Sequence record: KU935715.1
DNA length: 64,000 bases
From: Acinetobacter phage vB_AbaM_ME3
Strand: one strand, 5' to 3'
The notes under the pieces were generated by a model. The model was not told the DNA's origin, ran no database searches, and saw only the letters and a program-made list of their open reading frames with translations. Below, in pieces: positions 46,928 through 57,474 of this stretch. Position numbers and translations under genes: made by a program. Every line of letters begins with the position of its first letter. The stretch's first letter is position 1.

Positions 46928-48955
46928 TTAAATAGATACTTGATATACACGTTGGGTTTTACCTGATACACGTACTACAAATTCATTGTTAGTACTGTCA
47001 TTAAATCCAACACCACTTAATTGTTCTTCTGAAGGAGCAACACGTAGTTTACTTCCTAAGACTTCGAAGACTTTACGATGTTTCGTTAATTCTGGACGTA
47101 AGAATTCGTTAAAGAAACTACGAGGTGTTTCTGGATTCTTACAACCTTCTAACATAAACATATAATGCTTATTACCTTCAGCTTGATCGCCCCAATGATT
47201 TGGAGAATTCATGACTAAGCTTACAGGAACAAACGTATTTGTATTAATACCCCAAATCTCTTGACCTGGACCATCAGAGCTTTCTAATAATTGACAAACT
47301 TTTTTAACAGTAAAACCAGTACCATCAAATTCAATATCAAGCATTGTTTCATTTTGATTGAAAGCTTTTTCATATGTGAAGTTTTGTACTACACCATCAG
47401 CTTCAACTTGTAAAACAAAACCAACATTAGTATTAGAACGTTTAGAGTAATTATTTACAATTACACGATAAACCCCTTTAGTCATACGACGACGATCAGG
47501 GTAGATAATATTTTCAACTGGCTCTGTATCTGAATGTTTATCCAAACCATTCATATCTAAATCTAATGTACCACCATTACTAGAATGCTTATTTCGATAC
47601 CAGATACGTTGACCTGTTGGCTCCTGAATAGATAGATCTAAATCATCAGCATTAAACCAACTCAATGATACTCGAAGATCACCTTCAACTGAGCCACCAA
47701 ATTTCTTAACAGTTTCACGAATTGAATCTGTAATGTCTCCATTGTAAGCCCATGAAAAACCATTATCCCAACGTAATAATGAAGTACGTGGTTGAACAGG
47801 GGCAATTAAAGAAACAAAGTTTGGTTTCAATTTGTTAGTGACTAACAATTCAACTTTATTAGATGTAGGTAATACATTTGCTAAAAAGTCTTTAATTCCA
47901 ATAGCAATAGCTTTGGTTAAGATTTTAGGATCAAATTTTGAAGAAGCTTCTTGTGTAAGATCATCAAATACATTTAAAGCTTTTTTAGCATTTGCAGAGA
48001 ATAATACTTCAGATACATTAATATCTGTTTCTTTAGCAAATCGACGTTGGAGATCATCTTCGAGTCCTAAACTTTTAACTACTTCTTGTGCTTCTGAAAT
48101 CATACGAGGTGTGATTACAGCTGAAGTACGTTTGTAGTTAGTAGGAGCAACTTTAGATTCAAATTTAGAAACAGCAGTATCTAAATCAATACCTGAACTA
48201 ATATCTTCTACTAATGTTCCAATAACTGTATTACGGAAACGAGCATTAAAATGTTCTGTAGCAACTGTATGCCAAATAAATGCTTCTTTATTAGCTTCAG
48301 GAACAGCTTCATATTTCTTTTTAAGATCTACAAAAGCTTTAACTTGAGAACGGAATTCATTTCCACGATAAATAGAATTACCATCAATTAGCTCAAGAAC
48401 TGTCTCAGCAGCATCTAAAGAAAATTCCTTTAATCCACGTTGAATTACTTGATAAGAATTATTGTATTCACCAACAACAGAAGAAAAATCATTTACCGAA
48501 ACAACTAAAGACTTAGGAACTTCAGCGTAAAAATGATTCCAGCTTACATTACGAACTAAGTCTTTAGTTGTAGCTGAACCAATAATAGCTGTTTCAGAGC
48601 GATATACAGCTGCAATAGGAGTATCAAGAACAAATTTATTTAAAGCATTTGCTACAGCTTGATAGTATCCCTCTACTTCTACATTCCAGATAGATGTTTT
48701 CTTAAATGTACGAGGATCAATTGCAACAACACCACCCATACGACGAATAAAAGACTTACAATTATTACAATCGTATTCACGTCGTTCTTTTAACATTGGG
48801 TTAGTGCCTTCAGGGAATGCAGATAAATAAGTTTCCCAAAGAACATCTGGATTAATATCAACACGAACAAGCACTAATCCAGCAGCAGTTAAAGTACGAA
48901 TTTGTTGATAGATAGCTTTTTGAAAATTAATAAAGTTACTCATCTTCTTCTCCAA
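46928..48955 (-). CDS. large protein (675 aa) with TerD-like C-terminal domain
   Basis: C-terminal SLSWFNADDLDLSIQEPTGQRIWYRNKHSSNGGTLDLDMNG...VYRVIVNNY...FVLQVEADG mirrors the TerD pattern (GLGWD / DLDLSA / GD..G). Confidence 0.4.
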   Translation of the reverse strand: MEKKMSNFINFQKAIYQQIRTLTAAGLVLVRVDINPDVLWETYLSAFPEGTNPMLKERREYDCNNCKSFIRRMGGVVAIDPRTFKKTSIWNVEVEGYYQAVANALNKFVLDTPIAAVYRSETAIIGSATTKDLVRNVSWNHFYAEVPKSLVVSVNDFSSVVGEYNNSYQVIQRGLKEFSLDAAETVLELIDGNSIYRGNEFRSQVKAFVDLKKKYEAVPEANKEAFIWHTVATEHFNARFRNTVIGTLVEDISSGIDLDTAVSKFESKVAPTNYKRTSAVITPRMISEAQEVVKSLGLEDDLQRRFAKETDINVSEVLFSANAKKALNVFDDLTQEASSKFDPKILTKAIAIGIKDFLANVLPTSNKVELLVTNKLKPNFVSLIAPVQPRTSLLRWDNGFSWAYNGDITDSIRETVKKFGGSVEGDLRVSLSWFNADDLDLSIQEPTGQRIWYRNKHSSNGGTLDLDMNGLDKHSDTEPVENIIYPDRRRMTKGVYRVIVNNYSKRSNTNVGFVLQVEADGVVQNFTYEKAFNQNETMLDIEFDGTGFTVKKVCQLLESSDGPGQEIWGINTNTFVPVSLVMNSPNHWGDQAEGNKHYMFMLEGCKNPETPRSFFNEFLRPELTKHRKVFEVLGSKLRVAPSEEQLSGVGFNDSTNNEFVVRVSGKTQRVYQVSI

Positions 48956-49139
48956 AGATTTCTTTTTGTGATTCTTCAGTTAAACCTGTTTTAATGAATT
49001 CACGTTCAGTAGGTGTTAAATGAGGGAAAGCATTTTGAATTAATGTACCACTAGCATAAGAATCTAGTTGAGCTTGAGTTACATTTAAATCAAGAGTATT
49101 CAATTTCCCTGTATAAGGATCAACTCGTTGAATTTGCAT
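48936..49139 (-). CDS. hypothetical protein (67 aa)
   Basis: ORF-track ORF. Confidence 0.45.
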   Translation of the reverse strand: MQIQRVDPYTGKLNTLDLNVTQAQLDSYASGTLIQNAFPHLTPTEREFIKTGLTEESQKEIFGEEDE

Positions 49140-49141
49140 AA

Positions 49142-50209
49142 TTATCTCAAAATAGCTATAGCTTGATAAGGTGAAATATTTGAATCAATCTCTATTTCAA
49201 CTTCTAATGGATCTGCAAGAGATTTCATAAAATGATAAACAGAAGCTGAAGAACCTGAACAAATAATTAATCGAGGTTTTCGACGAAGTAATGCACGAGT
49301 GCATTCACTAATCGTTGGCTTGATCTTTAGTTCATCTTGAACATTATAAGTTTCAGTAACATGATCAATAACAAAATTTGTACGCCGATCACATTGCTGC
49401 TTCAGATAAGAAGTAACCTTAGCAGGAATACTATCAAATTTATCTAATACTTCAGTAATTTGATCAAGAAAGTAGTTAGTTACATCATACTCTTGAAGAT
49501 TCTGATATATTGCACATGTGTGATATTTACCTTTATCTGAAATTACAGAACGAGATAATAACCCACTAATTACACTATTAAGAATTCCAAAAGGAATAAT
49601 TTCATCAGTGTCTGTAGCATAGATATCAGAGATATGATTAATGTCATTTAAGACTACTAAACGAAAAGGTTTCATACCTAAAGGTAAACCTAACTGTCTC
49701 CAACTTTCACGCAACTGATTGAAAATTGTTCCTTTACCAGTCCAACCATCTACAAAGAATAGATCACATTCTGCACTATGTTTTTCGATAATATGATTAA
49801 ATGCTAATTCATCTAATCCAAAATCTCGAATAATAGATAGTGCATAATGGTGTACTTTAATCTTATAACGTAGTTCTAGAGAACGTTTAATTAATACACC
49901 TAAAGGTAGTCCAGCTCGAATTAAACTAGCTAATACAATATTGTTTTTATCTTTTGATTGTTCAAAAATTGCATCAGCTAATCCATTAATCCATTTACCT
50001 AAACTAATACGATATGAGTAAGAACTCATTAAACGATTAAATTCAGATAATTGTTCACGAGATGGAGCATCTTCAGATAACAGAAAAGATGAATAATGTT
50101 CACCAGAAGCAATACGAGCTTCTTTTTCATCTTTAGTGATAAATGTATGATCTGTAGAAATATTTAATAAAAGGGTAACATCTTCTGGTTTAAATGTACT
50201 AAAAGTCAT
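49142..50209 (-). CDS. phosphoribosyltransferase-like protein (Ter-linked PRTase type)
   Basis: DLFFVDGWTGKGTI resembles the type I PRTase PRPP-binding loop (hhhhDDhhTTGxT). Confidence 0.45.
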   Translation of the reverse strand: MTFSTFKPEDVTLLLNISTDHTFITKDEKEARIASGEHYSSFLLSEDAPSREQLSEFNRLMSSYSYRISLGKWINGLADAIFEQSKDKNNIVLASLIRAGLPLGVLIKRSLELRYKIKVHHYALSIIRDFGLDELAFNHIIEKHSAECDLFFVDGWTGKGTIFNQLRESWRQLGLPLGMKPFRLVVLNDINHISDIYATDTDEIIPFGILNSVISGLLSRSVISDKGKYHTCAIYQNLQEYDVTNYFLDQITEVLDKFDSIPAKVTSYLKQQCDRRTNFVIDHVTETYNVQDELKIKPTISECTRALLRRKPRLIICSGSSASVYHFMKSLADPLEVEIEIDSNISPYQAIAILR

Positions 50210-50925
50210 GATAATAACTCTTTAATAATTTGAACATTATCTTTAGTAGGAGTCATTAAGAAATCACATTCTAACATAAAGAACAGATCAGATTTTGAAT
50301 CACCTATACCAATAGTAACTACACCTGGATGTAGCTCTAACATCTTTTTCTTAATGAAACGAACAGCATCTGTTTTAGGTTTTAATGTTTTAGGGAATAT
50401 AGAAAAACCAGTACCATTAATATACAACTCAAGCCCTTTGTGTTGCTTTAGAATAGAATTTAATTTTAATAAATCCGTAGACTTGTTGTTAATGTTCCCT
50501 TCAATATAAAACCCATAAGTTTTATGAGTAATTAATTTTGAATGAACATTATACAAATGAAGGTACTTAATACTTTCTCTTAATTCATTCTGACTACTAG
50601 ATACTTTACCAATAAGGGTGTCAGTAAATTCTGGAATCAATTTATTATCATAGGTATAAATAAATACACCATAATTACAAACTTTAAATGAGTTAAAGTT
50701 AAAAGTTGATTCAACACGTTTTAAACTTTCAATAGATCTAGCAGTTACAGGAATAACACCACTAGAGCCTGAGTTAAATTCATTAAATAAAGAAATTTGT
50801 TTAGGGGTAGTGCAAATATTACTACCAGAATCTGATGTATAAACAACGTGACGTGGTTCATCAGACTCTAGATGGCGTTCAGTTTGAATGAAAGTTAAAT
50901 CGAGATCACAAAAGCTTAAAAACAT
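50206..50925 (-). CDS. HAD-superfamily hydrolase
   Basis: Motif I FCDLDLTF (DxDxT). Motif IV GIGDSKSD (GDxxxD). Confidence 0.55.
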   Translation of the reverse strand: MFLSFCDLDLTFIQTERHLESDEPRHVVYTSDSGSNICTTPKQISLFNEFNSGSSGVIPVTARSIESLKRVESTFNFNSFKVCNYGVFIYTYDNKLIPEFTDTLIGKVSSSQNELRESIKYLHLYNVHSKLITHKTYGFYIEGNINNKSTDLLKLNSILKQHKGLELYINGTGFSIFPKTLKPKTDAVRFIKKKMLELHPGVVTIGIGDSKSDLFFMLECDFLMTPTKDNVQIIKELLS

Positions 50926-52033
50926 TTACATTATTCCATGCAACCAATGATTCTATTAATGAACTTTGAGGAGCATCTTCGATAGATAAACACACAGAAT
51001 CAAGTCCTTTATTTAATAGGTCATCGAAATTATATAGATATGATTCCATTGTGGAATCATAAAGATTAGGAAGTACAAGTTTAGTCTTAATAATAGTATT
51101 AAGCTTTAACGGAGAAGATGAAATAGACAACAATACTGAATCTTTTCCAGTATTATTAAATTTATTTATACAATTTAGAAGAGAAGCAAAGATTAATTCA
51201 TCATAATAAATCTGAATATCAGAACTATTGAAGTACTTAGGATCTTTACATTTAGAGACAATGTCTGACAAAGAGTCAAACGAAGGTAATCTGAAATGAT
51301 CATTAGTTACATTTGTTAATGATACATTATCAGATTTTTTATAAGGAAGATGTGGTACTGGAACATTCGAATCTTGTTCCCAAGTATAAGTACCTTTAAC
51401 TAACGAATAAGTCTTTAGTTCAACATCATCTACTGTTAAATTTGAAGACCAATCTGTTAAAGAGAGAACAATAACTTTTCTTAAACAAGGTAATTTTTCT
51501 TTAAGAGATTCAACTAAATTCTTAATAGTATTACCTGTAGTGACTTCATCATCTACAATAATTAAAGTATTTGTTTGTTCTAAATGCTCATTAACAGATT
51601 TGTCAAAAGACTTATAGATATAATGATTAGGGAAATGACTATGAGGTTCTACAAATTCAGCAAGAACAGGAGCAGATAATGTTCTTCGTGTAGTTTGTAG
51701 ACGTAGAATATTAACCCAATCTTTAGATAATTGGTTATGAACTAAATAACCTAACCCTAAACCAGTTTCTGCTAAAGAGAGCAGAGAAATTTTATTATTT
51801 TCACCTTCTAAGTCTTTAGACTCAATTTGTTCACTAAGAGACTTAGCTATAGAGTTTAATATACTAAAAGGTGTAGGGGTATAACGACCAATTACTTTAG
51901 ATACGAACATGAACTGACGTTTAGGATTTAAACGTTCAGCTAAAGAGCAAATACTATCAAAACGATAATGTTCAGTTTCGAAATTCAGAGATAATTTTCC
52001 AGTATTTAAATTATACTCTTTAAAATTTGACAT
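50906..52033 (-). CDS. phosphoribosyltransferase (type I PRTase fold)
   Basis: LIIVDDEVTTGNT is a canonical PRPP-binding motif. Confidence 0.6.
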   Translation of the reverse strand: MSNFKEYNLNTGKLSLNFETEHYRFDSICSLAERLNPKRQFMFVSKVIGRYTPTPFSILNSIAKSLSEQIESKDLEGENNKISLLSLAETGLGLGYLVHNQLSKDWVNILRLQTTRRTLSAPVLAEFVEPHSHFPNHYIYKSFDKSVNEHLEQTNTLIIVDDEVTTGNTIKNLVESLKEKLPCLRKVIVLSLTDWSSNLTVDDVELKTYSLVKGTYTWEQDSNVPVPHLPYKKSDNVSLTNVTNDHFRLPSFDSLSDIVSKCKDPKYFNSSDIQIYYDELIFASLLNCINKFNNTGKDSVLLSISSSPLKLNTIIKTKLVLPNLYDSTMESYLYNFDDLLNKGLDSVCLSIEDAPQSSLIESLVAWNNVNVFKLL

Positions 52034-52036
52034 GTC

Positions 52037-52336
52037 TTAATCCTTTTTAGGATAGATATATTGTTGGTATTGAGCAATTGCAGCAGCTGAAGAGAAACCT
52101 TTATCAAGAAGAATACATCGAACAGTATCTTCAATATTCTCCAGACTAACCATAACATCTTGTAAAGATAAAGGTGGTTTTGGTTCTTCATCGAAGTCTT
52201 GATAATCTAATTGAGATTCTATCTTTTCAGCAGATCCTTTCTTTTCTTTTTCAGAAATATCTAATAAGGACTCTTCAATATGATGCAGGCTCATTAAGAT
52301 GTCTAAAATGAGTTTTGTATTATCTTGGTGTGACAC
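52037..52336 (-). CDS. hypothetical acidic protein (99 aa)
   Basis: ORF-track ORF. Confidence 0.45.
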   Translation of the reverse strand: MSHQDNTKLILDILMSLHHIEESLLDISEKEKKGSAEKIESQLDYQDFDEEPKPPLSLQDVMVSLENIEDTVRCILLDKGFSSAAAIAQYQQYIYPKKD

Positions 52337-52420
52337 TTTAAATCCTTCTGAAAAAGAAAAGGACAGAATATTTCATCTGTCCATCTCTTTGTTATTTATT
52401 CAATTTAGAAATTTTAAATC

Positions 52421-53032
52421 TTATTCGGTTTTAGCACCATAAGATTGTAATACTTCTTCTAAGCCGTTATCAAATCCAAGATCGATTTTCTTAACTCGCC
52501 AACCACCATCATGACGATAGATTTCAGCAACATTAACAGCTTTAGATGCAGCATGATCTTCAGTCAAATCAATTTTGAGTGAATCCATACCATCAACATT
52601 TACATCAACGTAAGCATTTTCAACTTGACCAAATGTGATACCAAGATTCTTTTCATCATGGATACTCATAAGTACCATGATACATCCAATTTCGGGTGGT
52701 AGGGTTTCTAAATTTAGATTACCATTTTCATCATAACCGTCACCAGAACCATCACGATTGTCTTTATCAAGAACAATACTACCACAAGCCGATTTTAACA
52801 AGTTATAGAAAACAATTCCTGGATTTCCATCAGACTGTGTTACAAGATTTTTAGATTTTGAATCTGCTAATAAAATAAAACTTAAATCTAAGTCATGTTT
52901 AACATTAGATTGACGAGCAGAATCCCAACCACAGCCTACATGTACACTTTTTAAAGATACAGCAGAACCATCAGGTTTAGCTAAACGAATAGGTACACCT
53001 TTAGTTAAAGGGATAACATGTTGAGTAGTCAT
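52421..53032 (-). CDS. terD: TerD-family stress protein
   Basis: VHVGCGWD ... DLDLSFILL ... DNRDGSGDGYDENG: canonical TerD motifs in a ~200-aa protein. Confidence 0.75.
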   Translation of the reverse strand: MTTQHVIPLTKGVPIRLAKPDGSAVSLKSVHVGCGWDSARQSNVKHDLDLSFILLADSKSKNLVTQSDGNPGIVFYNLLKSACGSIVLDKDNRDGSGDGYDENGNLNLETLPPEIGCIMVLMSIHDEKNLGITFGQVENAYVDVNVDGMDSLKIDLTEDHAASKAVNVAEIYRHDGGWRVKKIDLGFDNGLEEVLQSYGAKTE

Positions 53033-53042
53033 AATAAAATCC

Positions 53043-53393
53043 TTATGAAATTGTAAAACGAATAACAGGAGGAAGACCTGTTACTGAATAATTTATAATT
53101 GGTTCACGTTGGTTAGTTTTAATGTGTCTATAAGATGTAAGCTTTTTAACTAACCTTTCATGTTCCCATTTTTTAAACTTAGTCTCAGACTGCTCTAACA
53201 TCTGAGAAATATAAGGCGCCAAAAAACTTCCTGTATCTTTTAAGCTAAGGAGTTCTTTTCTGTACTCTTGAAGAGTTGACGCATATACTAAAATGAGCCT
53301 ACCTGACTGAGTACGAATTAAAGTTCCTTTATCAGTAATAAATAATTCGTACTCAAGTTGAGGTAGTTGTTTATTATGCTGCAAGTGTTCCAT
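53043..53393 (-). CDS. hypothetical protein (116 aa)
   Basis: ORF-track ORF. Confidence 0.5.
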   Translation of the reverse strand: MEHLQHNKQLPQLEYELFITDKGTLIRTQSGRLILVYASTLQEYRKELLSLKDTGSFLAPYISQMLEQSETKFKKWEHERLVKKLTSYRHIKTNQREPIINYSVTGLPPVIRFTIS

Positions 53394-54486
53394 TATCAGA
53401 ACTACTTTCTTTTTTGTTTTCTCGAATAGATGAGAAAACAGCTAAGATGATGAAGGCAATACTAATAAGGCCTACAGCAACTTCTGGTAGATGAATAAAC
53501 GGAGAAGAAAGCATAATCAATGCTAATGCTGCAATTGCATACATAGCACCATGTTCAAGATAACGATATGTATCAAGAGTTCCTTTCTTAACTAAATAAA
53601 CAGTTAAGCAACGAACAACCATAGCACCAATAGCTAAACCAAGCATGATAACAATAATGTCAGTAGTAACAGCAAAAGCTCCAGCTACACCATCAACGCT
53701 AAATGAAGCATCAACTAATTCTAGATAAAGGAAACCACCAATACCTGCTTTAACTGTACCAGTTGCTACTTGACCATTCGCTTCAGATTCTTCTTCAGTA
53801 TCACCAGTAAACATTTCAATAATGGAGCCTAAAGCTTGCACACCAAAATAAGAAGCGATACCTACGAGACCACCTTTAAAAATCTGACTACTTAAAATAG
53901 CATCTGACATTGTAATTACAATTAAGGCTGCAAGAACAATAAATGCAAACATATAAGGAGTAAACCAACCAAAGGTTTTACCTAATACTTCACCAACCTT
54001 CTCTAAAGGTCCTAACCAGTTAACATCTTTTTCATCATCAAAGAAGAAGTTTAAGAACACCAACAATAAGAACATACCACCAAAAGAAGCAACTAATGTA
54101 TGGCTTGCTAAAAGATGTTTAGAGTATTCGGTAGGACTATTAAGTGCTAATGTAAAAGATTCAATAAACGACATTTCTGTTGTGGATGAAACAATTACAA
54201 TAGGAAATACGAGTCGCATACCAAATACAGCAACAAGAATACCAACTGTTAAAAATAACTTTTGCCAGAATGGATTCCAATGTTTTAAAACTGTGGCATT
54301 ATATACAGCATTATCAATTGATAATGAAATTTCCAGTACAGCTAAAATAACTGTAATGAATAAGATATTGAATGCTTGACTTAATCCTGCATCTACACCG
54401 TGATTTAAACCCCAGAAGAAAGCTAAGGTTAAACACACCAGACCAAAGATGATAGAAAGTTTGAAGTTATCCCAAATATTTTTCAT
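53374..54486 (-). CDS. terC: TerC-family integral membrane protein
   Basis: Multi-pass membrane protein with duplicated S(I/V)DNA-type motifs (LSIDNAVYN ... FSVDGVAGAF). Confidence 0.6.
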   Translation of the reverse strand: MKNIWDNFKLSIIFGLVCLTLAFFWGLNHGVDAGLSQAFNILFITVILAVLEISLSIDNAVYNATVLKHWNPFWQKLFLTVGILVAVFGMRLVFPIVIVSSTTEMSFIESFTLALNSPTEYSKHLLASHTLVASFGGMFLLLVFLNFFFDDEKDVNWLGPLEKVGEVLGKTFGWFTPYMFAFIVLAALIVITMSDAILSSQIFKGGLVGIASYFGVQALGSIIEMFTGDTEEESEANGQVATGTVKAGIGGFLYLELVDASFSVDGVAGAFAVTTDIIVIMLGLAIGAMVVRCLTVYLVKKGTLDTYRYLEHGAMYAIAALALIMLSSPFIHLPEVAVGLISIAFIILAVFSSIRENKKESSSDNGTLAA

Positions 54487-54498
54487 GATTAATCCTTA

Positions 54499-55188
54499 TT
54501 AACCAAATTTTGCAATAACTTCAGGATTGACTACAGCATCAATTAATTCTGCATCAGTCTTACTGAAATCAGCAATACTAGAGTAACCAACTGAATCGTA
54601 ACGATCACCTAAGCTACTTAAGAAGTTTGAATGGAAGCCTACACAAATAAGTTGAACATATACATTATTTGATGATTCGATTTGTTTGATTTTAGCTTCA
54701 AACTCACGTTCGTCAGATGAAGAGGTTTCACCATCTGTAATAAAGGTAATAAGTTGTTTACCTTTAATGGAAGCCAATGGGTTACCAAATAACCCACCAA
54801 GGAATCCACCGCCACCAAGTTTCTTAAGAATAGCATCGATAGCTGGTGTATAAGCTGTACCGCCAAAACCATACTTACGAATGCTTTCACCTAAGATATG
54901 TTCTACTTGGTCATATTGGCTTACATTTAATGTCCCAGCATCAAATGCTTGGCTATGATAAACAACAAATGGTAAGTTACCATCATCATCAATTACATTA
55001 CTAATACCAAGAAGATGACGAAGAATATTAGCTACAGTACCATTACCAAAGTAGTTAGACATACTTCCTGATTGATCTAATACTAAAGAGACATTAATGT
55101 CTTTAGGAATATTTGTAACACCTTTCTTTTGAAGAGAAATTACTACATCTTCAGAAACTTTTTTCAGAGAGATTACTTGAGAAGTCAT
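54499..55188 (-). CDS. vWA-domain protein (TerY-like)
   Basis: MIDAS LVLDQSGSM, GGTAYTPAI, ITFITDGETS. Confidence 0.6.
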   Translation of the reverse strand: MTSQVISLKKVSEDVVISLQKKGVTNIPKDINVSLVLDQSGSMSNYFGNGTVANILRHLLGISNVIDDDGNLPFVVYHSQAFDAGTLNVSQYDQVEHILGESIRKYGFGGTAYTPAIDAILKKLGGGGFLGGLFGNPLASIKGKQLITFITDGETSSSDEREFEAKIKQIESSNNVYVQLICVGFHSNFLSSLGDRYDSVGYSSIADFSKTDAELIDAVVNPEVIAKFG

Positions 55189-56150
55189 TATACTTCACCT
55201 ACATAATGGTTAGCGGTAACTTGGTATTGATCACCAAATAATTTAATAAGTTCTTTCTTGAGAACATCCATAGGATAATCATCAATGTTAGAGATTTTAA
55301 CAATTTCATAACGTTCTTGATTATGGAAATTTTGATAAATAATCTTACGACCAATAGCTTTATCAAAATGATCATTTACATGACATAATGCAGAACTTAC
55401 TGCCATATATGTCATTCCATTATGAACGAATAATAAAGCTAATCCAGTAATACCACCAGTAGAATTTAAATCTACTTCTTCGTTAGGATTTTTAACTTGC
55501 TGTTCGCAAATGTATTCAAATGTTCCATACATATTTTCGTAGAACTTATTATTATAACGACGAATATAAATTGGAATTGTTTGAATATTACGTGCAAGTA
55601 ATCCTTCAAATTGGGCAGTAATAGTAGACTTAGCTAAAATCTCTAACTCTGCTTCTTTGGCAAAAGTAAGAGGATGTACACCAGTATCTGGTTTTTCTTG
55701 TTTAGGTAAAGGAGCTTTTTCAAGAACTACTTTATTAATGAAACGATAGAATTGGCTCAATACTTTAGGATATTGGCGATCTTCAGTTTCTAAGATAATT
55801 TGATTATTAATTAATTGAGATTTTAAACGATCTTTTGCTTCTACACGACCGATTAAGCGAGAATAAGTATCTTCTTTACTACAAATAGCATAAGAATACT
55901 GAGGAAGAGAAAGTGAAGGGGAAACTAAAATAGCAACACATACACCGTTAATACGATTTGTGTTATAACGACGAGCGTTATTAATTTTAGTGGCTAATAA
56001 GTGACTGTGGTGAAAGATATATACTTTCGAGTCTGGATAGTTTTCTTTAAACCAACTATTTAGTTGGATGTCAGATTCATGATAAGCAACATTGAAATTG
56101 ACTTGACGATTTTTCTTAGCAGATGGATTTCCAATCTGAGCAACTGTCAT
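55188..56150 (-). CDS. hypothetical protein (320 aa)
   Basis: ORF-track ORF. ATGA overlap with the vWA gene. Confidence 0.5.
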   Translation of the reverse strand: MTVAQIGNPSAKKNRQVNFNVAYHESDIQLNSWFKENYPDSKVYIFHHSHLLATKINNARRYNTNRINGVCVAILVSPSLSLPQYSYAICSKEDTYSRLIGRVEAKDRLKSQLINNQIILETEDRQYPKVLSQFYRFINKVVLEKAPLPKQEKPDTGVHPLTFAKEAELEILAKSTITAQFEGLLARNIQTIPIYIRRYNNKFYENMYGTFEYICEQQVKNPNEEVDLNSTGGITGLALLFVHNGMTYMAVSSALCHVNDHFDKAIGRKIIYQNFHNQERYEIVKISNIDDYPMDVLKKELIKLFGDQYQVTANHYVGEV

Positions 56151-56245
56151 TTTTACTATATCCTTAAAAGGTAAAGTGTGTGGAAAGAAGTTTTAGTTGC
56201 ACATTAAGGCAACTATTCTTCAGTAATAAATAAAAAATAAAAAGA

Positions 56246-56842
56246 CTATAAGCCTAAGTTCTTTAACAGAGTCTTAGATAAGTTCTGTTTAGCCCAAGTG
56301 ATATAAGCTGGATCAACATGTTGAACTTCTTTTACAGTTCTTCCTTTATATCGACCCATAGTAAATGTAGGTTCAGAATAAGTATAGAAGTGCATAGGAT
56401 GTACTTTAATCTTATTAAATACTGAATCAAAGTATTCATTCATTGATTGAATAGCTAAAGGATCTGTTACTACTAAAGCCATATCATCATAGCTACTTCC
56501 TGTAAGATTTATACCACCTATGATAGCTTTATTACCACGAGATATATACTTTAAATGAAGATTTTTAGCTACATGAATATTATAATTTTTAGACAATCCT
56601 AATAAATTATTAGATCGTTTTTGATTATTCACATCACAAGCTTTACAACCTACAGTACAAGAACTATATGAAGTTCCAATCATTATCGATGAGGGTGCAG
56701 CTAAAGTTAAATCTAAAAAACGTTCAGTATCTTCATTACGAACAGATAAATTAAAAGAGGATATACGAACTTGACCTCTTTCTCTTTGCAGTATATTAGT
56801 AGCTTCACTAATAAACTCTGCATAAGTTTTTAATACTTTCAT
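56246..56842 (-). CDS. hypothetical protein (198 aa)
   Basis: ORF-track ORF. Confidence 0.5.
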   Translation of the reverse strand: MKVLKTYAEFISEATNILQRERGQVRISSFNLSVRNEDTERFLDLTLAAPSSIMIGTSYSSCTVGCKACDVNNQKRSNNLLGLSKNYNIHVAKNLHLKYISRGNKAIIGGINLTGSSYDDMALVVTDPLAIQSMNEYFDSVFNKIKVHPMHFYTYSEPTFTMGRYKGRTVKEVQHVDPAYITWAKQNLSKTLLKNLGL

Positions 56843-57474
56843 TAAGGAGTGTACTCAACTATGTAGAGATCTACTAAACCATCTTCAAAGACAGAAGTTA
56901 ACAAAGGAAAAACTTCATCTTCCCAACTCATTCCACCACGATCACTAGCAAGTTTATATGGTACATAAACTGGAATTTTTGCATTCTTAGCTAAGGTTTT
57001 AACTTGTTGTAAACCTTGTTCTAAAGAACTTAAACAAGTATTACGAGATGGAATACGACTAATACGAAATTGAGAAAAGATATTAGCAATAAATAAATCA
57101 GAATTAATTGAATTAAAAGAAACTTTACCTAATAAGTCATCTTTATTATCTTCAATAAAAGCTAAATACTCTTCTTCCCAACCTTGATACATCTTTTTAA
57201 TTGGTACTACAACACCTGAACCACTACGTCCTAGTGTATTAACTTGATGGGTAATAACACCTTTATCTGTATGTGTTATATCTCCCTTAATCCAATGAAT
57301 GTTATTCAAAATAGTAACATCTCCAATAGCAATGTTACCTAACACTGAAGGATTATTCTTGTACTGAGAATAGTTTAAACGTATGTTTCCTTTTACATCA
57401 TCTACTGAATGAATATGAAATGTATGAGAAAGACTAGAATCTTTTAACTTAAAGCACTTACCTAACATAGGCAA
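56842..57474 (-). CDS. macro-domain-like protein (possible ADP-ribose binding/hydrolase)
   Basis: IKGDITHTDKGVITHQVNTLGRSGSGVVVPI parallels the macro domain core (GDIT...DAIVNAAN..L.GGGGV..AI). Confidence 0.45.
   Translation of the reverse strand: MPMLGKCFKLKDSSLSHTFHIHSVDDVKGNIRLNYSQYKNNPSVLGNIAIGDVTILNNIHWIKGDITHTDKGVITHQVNTLGRSGSGVVVPIKKMYQGWEEEYLAFIEDNKDDLLGKVSFNSINSDLFIANIFSQFRISRIPSRNTCLSSLEQGLQQVKTLAKNAKIPVYVPYKLASDRGGMSWEDEVFPLLTSVFEDGLVDLYIVEYTP

Noticed and set aside
47832-48137. Plus-strand ORF (101 aa)
   Set aside because: Antisense inside the 675-aa gene. No RBS. The longest of the antisense ORFs, but still consistent with chance in a 2-kb gene.
52006-52191. Minus-strand ORF (61 aa) overlapping 52037-52336 and the PRTase start
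   Set aside because: Alternative-frame overlap. Hydrophobic low-complexity translation. No independent RBS.
54182-54379. Plus-strand ORF (65 aa)
   Set aside because: Antisense inside the TerC gene.
54639-54890. Minus-strand ORF (83 aa) internal to the vWA gene in another frame
   Set aside because: Completely nested in 54499-55188 in a different frame. The vWA frame carries the recognisable MIDAS motifs.
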